Source: Candidatus Microgenomates bacterium (GTDB lineage: Bacteria > Patescibacteriota > Microgenomatia > UBA8517). Taken from it: 64,000 nt of DNA. The stretch spans positions 150,408 through 214,407 of the forward strand of contig JBEKQV010000001.1 in NCBI GenBank assembly GCA_049519355.1, in the 5' to 3' direction. The notes beneath the pieces are model-generated. The model searched no databases, was not told the DNA's origin, and was given only the letters and a program-made list of their open reading frames with translations. Positions 27,532-35,154 of the stretch are shown here, in pieces; the stretch's first letter is position 1, and each line of letters begins with the position of its first letter. Made by a program: the position numbers and the translations under genes.

Positions 27532-27846
27532 TTATTTGGCGTCAATCTCTTTTTTGCACTTTTTGCAAATTCTTACCTTTTCGTCTCCTGCAAATTTAAA
27601 ACCGACTCTGGTTATCTTTTTGCACTTGGGGCAAATCAAAGCAACCTTTCCAAATCCTAAAGGCCTGGGAATATCATAAACTCCGCCTTTTACATCTCCA
27701 AAACCCTTAACATGCTTCTTGTATAGATTTATCCCGGCCACAACCACTTTGGCATCAACTGGTAAAATCTTTTCGATTTTTCCTTCTCTGCCTTTGTCTT
27801 TACCCGCAGTTACTTTAATTGTGTCTCCAATTTTAAATTTGATCAT
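27532..27846 (-). CDS. rplX: 50S ribosomal protein L24 with four Cys in the C-terminal region
   Basis: KOW motif MIKFKIGDTIKVTAGKDKGREGKI. C-terminus ...VALICPKCKKITRVGFKFAGDEKVRICKKCKK. Start taken at ATG 27846, just after the rplN stop. Confidence 0.9.
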   Translation of the reverse strand: MIKFKIGDTIKVTAGKDKGREGKIEKILPVDAKVVVAGINLYKKHVKGFGDVKGGVYDIPRPLGFGKVALICPKCKKITRVGFKFAGDEKVRICKKCKKEIDAK

Positions 27847-27847
27847 A

Positions 27848-28213
27848 TTAGATAACCTCCCTCGCCAAAGAGGCAATTTTATTGTAACCCGCTTCCTTAA
27901 CTTCTCTGGCAATAGGACCCAAAATCCTGGTCCCGCGGGGAAGTCCCTGTTTATCAATTACAACTCCAGCATTATCGTCAAATCTGATATAGCTTCCATC
28001 CGAGCGTCCAACTTCTTTTCTGGTTCTGACAATCAAAACCTTTACCTTTTCGTGATCCGCTACGATTCCTGCAGGATCGGCTCCTTTAACAACCCCCAAA
28101 ATTACATCTCCGAGGGTTGCAAACTTACCAACCTTCCCCGGAACGCCGATTATCATTATCCTTTTAGCACCACTATTATCTGCCGGAGTTAACATTGTTC
28201 TTAGTTGCACCAT
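27848..28213 (-). CDS. rplN: 50S ribosomal protein L14
   Basis: MVQLRTMLTPADNSGAK matches the L14 N-terminus MIQQESRLKVADNSGAK. Confidence 0.95.
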   Translation of the reverse strand: MVQLRTMLTPADNSGAKRIMIIGVPGKVGKFATLGDVILGVVKGADPAGIVADHEKVKVLIVRTRKEVGRSDGSYIRFDDNAGVVIDKQGLPRGTRILGPIAREVKEAGYNKIASLAREVI

Positions 28214-28462
28214 TTATTTTTTAGCCTTTCCTTTTTCTTTAACTACTTCGGTAATTATCCACTTTATTGTCTTTGAATAAGGTTTACTGTCGGCAAATTT
28301 GACCCTATCTCCCAACTTTACTCCCAGCTCGTCGTGAACCTGAAACTTGGTAAATCTCTTGAACCTCTTTTTGTAAAGCGGGTGAATAACAACCCTTTCC
28401 ACCGCAACAGTTGCGGTTTTCGCCATCTTCGTGCCAACTACTTTTCCAACAAATATTTTCAT
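28214..28462 (-). CDS. rpsQ: 30S ribosomal protein S17
   Basis: 82 aa OB-fold (...GKVVGTKMAKTATVAVERVVIHPLYKK...). Confidence 0.95.
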   Translation of the reverse strand: MKIFVGKVVGTKMAKTATVAVERVVIHPLYKKRFKRFTKFQVHDELGVKLGDRVKFADSKPYSKTIKWIITEVVKEKGKAKK

Positions 28463-28464
28463 AG

Positions 28465-28722
28465 TTATTTTTCCGTCTTTTCAACTTTCTCTGCTTTTTT
28501 CTCGACCTTGGGTGCAAGTTTCGCCAAAATCTCCTTTTCGCGGATCAAGGTTAGTATTTTAGCAAGTTCTACCCTTAAATTCCTGTAAGCCTTAAGATTC
28601 TTCTCTTTGCCTCCCAAAATTTCCATCTTAACCTTCATTGTCTCCAACTTCTTTTGAGAAGCAAGCTTAACCAGTTCTTCGGCCGTTTTTCCTTTTAATT
28701 CGGTAAAATCTTTTCTTTTCAT
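28465..28722 (-). CDS. rpmC: 50S ribosomal protein L29 with Lys-rich tail
   Basis: LKGKTAEELVKLASQKKLETMKVKMEI... plus the operon position between L16 and S17. Confidence 0.9.
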   Translation of the reverse strand: MKRKDFTELKGKTAEELVKLASQKKLETMKVKMEILGGKEKNLKAYRNLRVELAKILTLIREKEILAKLAPKVEKKAEKVEKTEK

Positions 28723-28726
28723 TTTA

Positions 28727-29140
28727 TTATTCCTCGGTTCTACTGATGATTTTTATATCAATCGGTAATTTCGCGGAAGCTTTTCTGAAAGCTTCTTTAA
28801 CAATTAAAGGATCCGCTCCTGCAACTTCAAAAAGAATTGTTCCGGGCCTAACTACCGCAACATAAGTTGAAATGTCTCCCTTTCCTCCACCCATTCTTTT
28901 TCCGGCGGGTCTTGCAGTAATTGGCTTATCCGGAAAAATCCTTACCCAAACTCTTCCGCCCTTTCTAAGTCCGTGGGTTATTGTACGTCTGGCCGCCTCA
29001 ATTTGTGCCGAGGTAACCCAAGCCACCTCTTGCGCTTTCATGGCAAAATCTCCGAAAGAGATTGCACTTCCGCGTGTGGCGACTCCTTGTCTCCGACCTC
29101 TGAAATCTTTAATATATTTTCTTCTTTTTGGTTGCAACAT
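28727..29140 (-). CDS. rplP: 50S ribosomal protein L16
   Basis: MLQPKRRKYIKDFRGRRQGVATRGS. Confidence 0.95.
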   Translation of the reverse strand: MLQPKRRKYIKDFRGRRQGVATRGSAISFGDFAMKAQEVAWVTSAQIEAARRTITHGLRKGGRVWVRIFPDKPITARPAGKRMGGGKGDISTYVAVVRPGTILFEVAGADPLIVKEAFRKASAKLPIDIKIISRTEE

Positions 29141-29151
29141 AAATATAAAAA

Positions 29152-29805
29152 CTACTCCTCTGACTTTTTGTGAATCCAGACCTTTACTCCTACATAACCT
29201 CTTTTGAGTAAGGCCGGGACTTGGGCATAATCTAAATTCTCACGCAGTGTCTGGGTTGGAACCGAACCTTGGTGGAATTTTTCAACCCTGGAAATTTCAA
29301 TTCCGTTTATACGTCCCCCAAGAACAACTTTAACTCCCAAGGCACCCGACGCCATAACCCGTTCCATAGTTTTCTGGACCACACGTCTGTGGGGGATTCT
29401 TCTCTCAAGCTCCCCGGCGATTCTTTCGGCAACTAGATATGCCGAAAGTTCGGGGTTTTTAACCTCATTAATCCTTATGTCGATTTTAAGATCCTTAATC
29501 TTCTTACCCCTGACCTCACTGATAATATCCAGGATATATTTTTTAACGTCCTCAATTCCCGTTCCTCCACGGCCAATAACCACACCCGGTCTACTGACGG
29601 TAATTATTACGACCATGCTTTTTGGCAATCTCTCGATTTCAACTCCACTAATTCCGGCCAGCTTTAATTTTTTGGTCAATCCCTTCCTGATTTTTATATC
29701 CTCAAGCAGGAAATCTTTAAATGTTCCCTCATCGGCAAACCATCTAGATTTCCAGGGAAGGTAACTGCCTATTCTTATACCAATTGGGTTAACTTTTTGT
29801 CCCAT
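29152..29805 (-). CDS. rpsC: 30S ribosomal protein S3
   Basis: MGQKVNPIGIRIGS... with KH and S3-C domains. Confidence 0.95.
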   Translation of the reverse strand: MGQKVNPIGIRIGSYLPWKSRWFADEGTFKDFLLEDIKIRKGLTKKLKLAGISGVEIERLPKSMVVIITVSRPGVVIGRGGTGIEDVKKYILDIISEVRGKKIKDLKIDIRINEVKNPELSAYLVAERIAGELERRIPHRRVVQKTMERVMASGALGVKVVLGGRINGIEISRVEKFHQGSVPTQTLRENLDYAQVPALLKRGYVGVKVWIHKKSEE

Positions 29806-29809
29806 ATGA

Positions 29810-30226
29810 TTATTTTTTAACCTCCTTTTTTACGGCTTTCTTTTCTTCTACTGTTTTTTCAACTTTCGGTTCAATCTTTTTTATCTCGGGTTTAACTGAC
29901 ACAAGAATAACTCTTATGTGAGCCATTCTTCTCTTGAAAGGGTGCCACATACCACGGCTTGCCGCTTTTCCTCTTTTAAGACGTGGTCCTTCCCCAATTT
30001 GGATTTCCTTAAATACCAAATCAGTTTCGCTAACTCCCTGATTTTTGGCCGAAGCAATTGCACTTTTTATCACCTTTGCCAGCTCAGCCCCGGCCCTTTT
30101 TTGAACAAAAGGAAGTTTGGCTACGGCTTCAGACGGCTTCATTTTCTTAATCACTTCAACAACAAGCCTGATTTTTCTCGGACTCATAAGTAAATATTTT
30201 TGTGTTGCCTTAAATTGTTTCTCCAT
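29810..30226 (-). CDS. rplV: 50S ribosomal protein L22 with Lys-rich tail
   Basis: L22 core SPRKIRLVVEVIKKM... and the operon position. Confidence 0.95.
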   Translation of the reverse strand: MEKQFKATQKYLLMSPRKIRLVVEVIKKMKPSEAVAKLPFVQKRAGAELAKVIKSAIASAKNQGVSETDLVFKEIQIGEGPRLKRGKAASRGMWHPFKRRMAHIRVILVSVKPEIKKIEPKVEKTVEEKKAVKKEVKK

Positions 30227-30231
30227 ATCGT

Positions 30232-30513
30232 TTACGTCTTTTCAAGTGTCCTCTTAACTATTTCTCCATGTCCTCTAAATGTTCTTGTGGGCGAAAACTC
30301 ACCCAGGGCATGCCCAACCATATCTTCGGTTACAAAAACATCGATAAAAACATGTCCGTTATGAACTTGGAAATATTTTCCGACAAAACTTGGTGCGATT
30401 TGGCATCTCCTGGACCACGTTTTAATCGGGTTCTCTTTAGAACCCATTCCTTTTTCGATCTTTTTAACTAGTATTGGGTCAACATACGGCCCCTTTTTAG
30501 AACTTCGTGACAT
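30232..30513 (-). CDS. rpsS: 30S ribosomal protein S19
   Basis: ...[34 protein letters not shown]. Confidence 0.95.
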   Translation of the reverse strand: MSRSSKKGPYVDPILVKKIEKGMGSKENPIKTWSRRCQIAPSFVGKYFQVHNGHVFIDVFVTEDMVGHALGEFSPTRTFRGHGEIVKRTLEKT

Positions 30514-30514
30514 A

Positions 30515-31264
30515 TTAGCCTAGAATTGCTTTTCCTCCCCTTCTTTGAATTATCAAACGGTTTGAAAACTTTTTCTTGTTTCTGGTTTTACCAACCGCGC
30601 GTCTTCCATAGACAGTCTTTGGATATTTCATTCCGACTCCACTTCTTCCCTCTCCGCCTCCGTGCGGATGAGCGTGCGGATTCATGGCAACTCCACGAAC
30701 ACTCGGTCTGGTTCCCATGTGCCTGACACGTCCGGCTTTGTGAATTACTTCGTTTTTGGACTCAACATTTCCAACCTGACCGATTGAGGCAAGGCATGCC
30801 GGATCAAATCTTCTGATTTCCCCAGAAGGAAGCTTAACCAAAACCCAATCGTCTTCCTTACCAAAAACTACCGCGGCGCTTCCGGCTCCCTTAACCATTT
30901 GCCCTCCCTTACCCTTTGTTATTTCAATATTATGAATCTGAGTTCCGACCGGAATTGCTTTCAAAGGAAGCGTATTTCCCGGCTCAATCGGAGCAACCTC
31001 GGACGCCACAACTTTGGTCCCTACCTTAAGATCAACCGGCGCAAGAATGTAGCGTCTTTCACCATCTGCGTATAATATCAGAGCAACCTCCGCATTTCTA
31101 TTGGGATCATACTCAATACCGATAACTCTACCCCAGACATCAGTTTTATCTCTCTTAAAATCAAGCTCCCTAAGGAATCGCCTCTCACGGCTTCCCTGAT
31201 GCCGCACGGTAACTCTTCCGTTAAGTCTTCCTGATTTTTTAGCCAATATTCTTTTTAGCTTCAT
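30515..31264 (-). CDS. rplB: 50S ribosomal protein L2
   Basis: ...[24 protein letters not shown]..., with the conserved His-rich region [14 protein letters not shown]. Confidence 0.95.
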   Translation of the reverse strand: MKLKRILAKKSGRLNGRVTVRHQGSRERRFLRELDFKRDKTDVWGRVIGIEYDPNRNAEVALILYADGERRYILAPVDLKVGTKVVASEVAPIEPGNTLPLKAIPVGTQIHNIEITKGKGGQMVKGAGSAAVVFGKEDDWVLVKLPSGEIRRFDPACLASIGQVGNVESKNEVIHKAGRVRHMGTRPSVRGVAMNPHAHPHGGGEGRSGVGMKYPKTVYGRRAVGKTRNKKKFSNRLIIQRRGGKAILG

Positions 31265-31536
31265 TTTTTGCCCTCCTCAAATAAACTGATTTTGTCACCC
31301 TCCTTTAAGGTTATTATTGCTTTCTTGCCTGTATGAACCGAAAAATTATTTCCCCGGGCGTTTTTACCTTTTTCCCCACTTGTTGCAATTGTTCTCACCC
31401 CGGTTACCGTAACGCCAAAAATCTTTGATATTTCCACCGCAATCTGTTTTTTATTCATTGCCCGGTCAACCCGGAAGGTATAACCCCCGAGCTTTGCTGC
31501 TTTTAAACTTTTTTCCGTAAAAATAGGCTTGATCAT
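31261..31536 (-). CDS. rplW: 50S ribosomal protein L23
   Basis: 91 aa; MIKPIFTEKSLKAAKLGGYTFRVDRAMNKKQIAVEI. Confidence 0.95.
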   Translation of the reverse strand: MIKPIFTEKSLKAAKLGGYTFRVDRAMNKKQIAVEISKIFGVTVTGVRTIATSGEKGKNARGNNFSVHTGKKAIITLKEGDKISLFEEGKK

Positions 31537-31537
31537 A

Positions 31538-32200
31538 TTATTTAGTCACTTTCTTAACTGATTTTTTAACTATTTTCTGAGCCGGCTCACTTTTCACCTT
31601 AAATATTCCCGCATCCATTAGAATAAGACCTCCTGTATAAATATCAAAAGCATTTGCATCTTTGAAAAAGATTGTCCTAACGCTCGACAAGTTTCTTAAG
31701 AACTTAACTGTTTCTTTCGCGTCGTTGGAAAGAATAAACGTAAAACTTTTTGCTTTAAACGATTTTGCTAACGACTTTAGAAAATCACCTACCGTCTTTG
31801 TTTTATCCACCCTTGATAATCCCGAAACTACGGCCAATTCTTTCTCACCGACTTTAAGAGCGTATGCAATTCCCTTAGCCTTGATTTTAAGGCTGGATGG
31901 AAGAGTCAAAACTCTCTTAACAGGCCTTGGACCCAAGGCAACTCCACCGCCAACAAAAAGATTTGCACGTCTGCTTCCGTGGCGGGCACCACCAGTCCCT
32001 TTTTGTTTATAAAGTTTCTTGCTGGTCCTATTTACTTCGGAACGGGTTTTTGTTTTCCGGAGTCCCACATGGTTTCTTTCTTCATAAACATAAACCGCCT
32101 GAGCCAAAAGCGGCAAATTAATCTCTTCCTCAAAATCTTTTGGAAGAGCAAGATCACCGGTTCTAACTCCTTTAATTGTAAAAACAGGTACTTTAGTCAT
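31538..32200 (-). CDS. rplD: 50S ribosomal protein L4
   Basis: ...KQKGTGGARHGSRRANLFVGGGVALGPRP... Confidence 0.95.
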   Translation of the reverse strand: MTKVPVFTIKGVRTGDLALPKDFEEEINLPLLAQAVYVYEERNHVGLRKTKTRSEVNRTSKKLYKQKGTGGARHGSRRANLFVGGGVALGPRPVKRVLTLPSSLKIKAKGIAYALKVGEKELAVVSGLSRVDKTKTVGDFLKSLAKSFKAKSFTFILSNDAKETVKFLRNLSSVRTIFFKDANAFDIYTGGLILMDAGIFKVKSEPAQKIVKKSVKKVTK

Positions 32201-32202
32201 AA

Positions 32203-32997
32203 TTATTCTTTGTTTGGTTCAGTCTTTTTCTCTTCTGCCTTAGGTGCTTCAGCTTTTGGCGCCTCGGCCTTAGGAGCTTCCGCCCCTGCCTCAGCCGTTT
32301 CACCGGCCGGTGCTACACCTTCGACTACCTGGGCCACAACTTCATGCTCAAGTTCTTTAAGACTTCCGGATTTAATTTTCTTAATAGTAATAAGACTTCC
32401 AACCGTTCCCGGAATTTGTCCGGAAATCTCAACCTCACCGCTATCTTTTATTGAAATCACATGAAGATTTTTGATAGTAGTTTGTTCCGATCCCATTCTC
32501 CCGGCCATTCTTTTTCCTCTATAGACCCTTCCCGGAGTTGTTGTCTGTCCGATGGAACCCGGAGCACGCTCACGGTCGGATTGCCCGTGGGTCCTTGGTC
32601 CTCCCATGAAGTGGTGTCTTTTAACTACACCCGCGAAACCTTTTCCTTTTGATACCCCGGAAACGGCAATAACATCTCCTGCATTAAAAATGTCGGAGGC
32701 TTTTATCTCGTCTCCGACCTTAAATTCCGGCTCACTTTCAACCCTGACTTCCTGCAAATATCTCGGAAAATTTTTATCTTTTGAGGTTGACTTAAGATGT
32801 CCCTGAAGCGGTTTTGAAGTGTTTTTAGCTTTTTTGGAGAGAAATCCAAGCTGAACTGCCCAGTATCCGTCGCTGTCCATTTTTTTAATTTGGGTCACGA
32901 CGCAGGGCCCCGCCGTAACTAACGTAACGGGAATCCTAAAGCCTTCGACGAACGTCTGGCTGTTAACTCCTTTTGAACCTAAGATGGTATTAATCAT
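32203..32997 (-). CDS. rplC: 50S ribosomal protein L3 with about 55-aa low-complexity C-terminal extension
   Basis: L3 core (...GKGFAGVVKRHHFMGGPRTHGQSDRERAPGSIG...). Tail AEAGAEAPKAEAPKAEAPKAEEKKTEPNKE. Confidence 0.95.
   Translation of the reverse strand: MINTILGSKGVNSQTFVEGFRIPVTLVTAGPCVVTQIKKMDSDGYWAVQLGFLSKKAKNTSKPLQGHLKSTSKDKNFPRYLQEVRVESEPEFKVGDEIKASDIFNAGDVIAVSGVSKGKGFAGVVKRHHFMGGPRTHGQSDRERAPGSIGQTTTPGRVYRGKRMAGRMGSEQTTIKNLHVISIKDSGEVEISGQIPGTVGSLITIKKIKSGSLKELEHEVVAQVVEGVAPAGETAEAGAEAPKAEAPKAEAPKAEEKKTEPNKE
32236..32295. repeat. Four imperfect 15-nt tandem repeats (GCCTTAGGWGCTTCM) encoding (AEAPK)n in the L3 tail
   Basis: Units gccttaggtgcttca / gcttttggcgcctcg / gccttaggagcttcc / gcccctgcctcagcc. 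Confidence 0.4.
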
Positions 32998-33037
32998 TTT
33001 GGTTTTGGAACCCCCGGACTTTACGTCCCGGAGCCAG

Positions 33038-33071
33038 TAAACAACAAAAAAGGCGCCTTCAAAGGGCGCCT
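33038..33071 (-). terminator. Intrinsic terminator/attenuator in the leader of rplC
   Basis: Minus strand reads AGGCGCC-CTTTGAA-GGCGCCT followed by TTTTTTGTTGTTT, about 40 nt upstream of the rplC ATG and downstream of the promoter at 33142..33170. Confidence 0.55.
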
Positions 33072-33141
33072 AGGGGAGGCAACCTTATGAAGATCAACCG
33101 TGGCTAGTAACTGACATAACCACTTGCATGTTACGAGGGGA

Positions 33142-33170
33142 ATTATAACAAATGAAATGAACTTGCGCAA
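33142..33170 (-). promoter_or_regulatory. Sigma-70 consensus-like promoter TTGCGC-17-TATAAT inside the rpsJ-rplC junction
   Basis: Minus strand reads TTGCGCaagttcatttcatttgtTATAAT, about 140 nt upstream of rplC. Confidence 0.55.
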
Positions 33171-33180
33171 GAAGTGGCCT

Positions 33181-33230
33181 ATAAAACAAGAAGGGCGCTC
33201 ACCTGAATTCAAAAAATCAGGCAAGCGCCC
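33181..33230 (-). terminator. Long GC hairpin plus U-rich tract downstream of the 75-aa ORF
   Basis: Minus strand reads GGGCGCTTGCCTGA-ttttttgaat-TCAGGTGAGCGCCC followed by TTCTTGTTTTAT. Confidence 0.45.
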
Positions 33231-33242
33231 ATCTCGTACTTT
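33231..33242. repeat. Inverted copy of the 12-mer AAAGTACGAGAT (core TATCTCGTA motif)
   Basis: Plus strand reads atctcgtacttt, which is the exact reverse complement of 33509..33520. Together the two copies flank the 75-aa ORF. Confidence 0.55.
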
Positions 33243-33260
33243 CTATTCTTTTTTTGGGTC

Positions 33261-33488
33261 TTAGGCCTCAACGGCGAGGGGTACGTCAAGAATCTTGGCG
33301 ACATCCTCGGCAACGAAATTGCCGTAGCCGTGGGGAACACGGTGCAAACCGACTGGGTTCTTTTTAACCCAAAAATCGGCTCTCAGCTGCCGGCCGTCAG
33401 GTAGAATCATACTGCATTTTTCGCAGGCGGCTGTATCAACCCAATAGGTTTTGCCTTCAAAAACAAACTTGATTTGTCGATTAGGCAT
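33261..33488 (-). CDS. Hypothetical protein (75 aa), higher GC, inserted between rpsJ and rplC
   Basis: GGAGG SD 6 nt upstream of ATG 33488. Product MPNRQIKFVFEGKTYWVDTAACEKCSMILPDGRQLRADFWVKKNPVGLHRVPHGYGNFVAEDVAKILDVPLAVEA. About 48% GC, with its own terminator. Confidence 0.5.
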   Translation of the reverse strand: MPNRQIKFVFEGKTYWVDTAACEKCSMILPDGRQLRADFWVKKNPVGLHRVPHGYGNFVAEDVAKILDVPLAVEA

Positions 33489-33508
33489 ACCGTCCTCCAC
33501 AAATTTAC

Positions 33509-33544
33509 AAAGTACGAGATACCCTCGTAAGGATTTACGAGATA
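33509..33544. repeat. Two direct copies of TATCTCGTA (minus-strand sense) plus an embedded 7-bp hairpin, upstream of the 75-aa ORF
   Basis: Plus strand aaagtacgagat (33509..33520), hairpin ctcgtaa-ggat-ttacgag (33524..33541), and a second tacgagata at 33536..33544. Confidence 0.5.
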
Positions 33545-33592
33545 ACTGGAAATATACGTCAAAAATGAAGGAAAAGCAAATTATGGGATAAC

Positions 33593-33901
33593 TTACATCT
33601 TTATTTCAATGGAGACTCCGGCCGGAAGGTCGAGGTTACCAAGGGAATCGACTGTACGGGGGCTCGGGTCCAAAATATCTATCAGTCTTTTATGCACCAA
33701 AATTTCGTAGTGTTCTTGTGCATCCTTATCTGTAAATGGAGATTCCTTGATGGCCATCATCGTCCTGGCGGTGGGAAGCGGAATGGGTCCGATTATTTTC
33801 GCACCAGTAGCTAAAGCGGTATCTACTATCTTTGCTGCCGCTTCGTCCAGAACTCTATGATCGTAACTTTTGAGTTTTACTCTAAGTCTTGAGCTTGCCA
33901 T
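33593..33901 (-). CDS. rpsJ: 30S ribosomal protein S10
   Basis: [40 protein letters not shown]. Confidence 0.95.
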   Translation of the reverse strand: MASSRLRVKLKSYDHRVLDEAAAKIVDTALATGAKIIGPIPLPTARTMMAIKESPFTDKDAQEHYEILVHKRLIDILDPSPRTVDSLGNLDLPAGVSIEIKM

Positions 33902-33917
33902 CTTAATGTGCCTAACC

Positions 33918-35111
33918 TTATGCGATTATCTTTGTTATTACACCATCGCCAACTGTGTGTCCACCTTCACGAATTGCAAATCTAAATCCTTCCTCCATTG
34001 CAACCGGCTGAATGAGTTTGATTTTCATCTTGGCATTATCCCCGGGCATAACCATCTCAATTCCTTCCGGAAGAGTAGCCTCACCGGTAATATCTGCTGT
34101 CTTAATATAGAACTGCGGTTTGTAACCTGTGAAGAACGGGGTATGACGTCCGCCTTCCTCTTTGCTCAAAATATAAACTTCAGCCTCAAATTCGGTATGA
34201 GGAGTAAGGCTACCCGGTTTGCAAAGAACTTGACCGCGCTCAACCTGATCCTTTTCAACTCCCCTAAGAAGGACTCCGATATTGTCTCCCGCCATGGCTT
34301 CATCGAGAGTTTTTCTGAACATCTCCAAGCCCGTTGCAACTGATTTTTGGGTAGGTTTAAGTCCCACTATTTCGACTTCCTCGTTAACCTTAATCTTGCC
34401 TCTATCAACTCTTCCCGTAACAACCGTCCCACGGCCTTGAATTGTAAATACATCCTCAATTGCCATCAGGAACGGTTTATCTACGTCACGTACCGGATCC
34501 GGGATATAATTATCTACCGCATCCATAAGGGCCATTATTTGCTTTTCCGCCTCAGGGTCCCCCTCAACAGCCTTCAAAGCGGATCCTCTAATGACAGGCA
34601 CTTCATCTCCCGGATAACCGTATTTCTTAAGAAGTTCCCTTACATCCGCCTCAACCAAATCGATAAGTTCGGGGTCGTCAACCATGTCGACTTTATTAAG
34701 AAAAACTACAATTGCCGGAACGTTAACCTGTTTGGCCAAAATAACATGCTCTCTGGTTTGAGGCATAGGCCCATCTGCGGCCGAGACCACTAAAATGGCA
34801 CCATCCATCTGGGCGGCACCCGTAATCATATTCTTGATGTAATCTGCGTGTCCTGGAGCATCTATGTGGGCGTAGTGGCGTTTCTTGGTTTCGTATTCCT
34901 GATGGGAGAGGTTGATGGTAACTCCTCTTTCTCTTTCTTCCGGCGCGGAATCAATTTCTTCGTATTTCTTGGCAACAGCCAAACCCTGTTTGGCCAAAAC
35001 CATAGTAATAGCTGAGGTTAAAGTGGTCTTACCGTGGTCAACATGGCCAATAGTGCCAATATTGACGTGCGGTTTTGTTCTTTCGTATTTTTTCTTTGCT
35101 TCTCCTGCCAT
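33918..35111 (-). CDS. tuf: Elongation factor Tu
   Basis: [18 protein letters not shown] and NKVD GTPase motifs; 397 aa. Confidence 0.97.
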   Translation of the reverse strand: MAGEAKKKYERTKPHVNIGTIGHVDHGKTTLTSAITMVLAKQGLAVAKKYEEIDSAPEERERGVTINLSHQEYETKKRHYAHIDAPGHADYIKNMITGAAQMDGAILVVSAADGPMPQTREHVILAKQVNVPAIVVFLNKVDMVDDPELIDLVEADVRELLKKYGYPGDEVPVIRGSALKAVEGDPEAEKQIMALMDAVDNYIPDPVRDVDKPFLMAIEDVFTIQGRGTVVTGRVDRGKIKVNEEVEIVGLKPTQKSVATGLEMFRKTLDEAMAGDNIGVLLRGVEKDQVERGQVLCKPGSLTPHTEFEAEVYILSKEEGGRHTPFFTGYKPQFYIKTADITGEATLPEGIEMVMPGDNAKMKIKLIQPVAMEEGFRFAIREGGHTVGDGVITKIIA

Positions 35112-35154
35112 ACAAGTGCTAATTATAATCGAGGCTAATCATGCGTGTCAAGGG

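Noticed and set aside
33021-33224. 67-aa minus-strand ORF in the rplC leader
   Set aside because: It spans the promoter, terminator hairpins and GC stems. The sequence is better explained as regulatory RNA or DNA structure.
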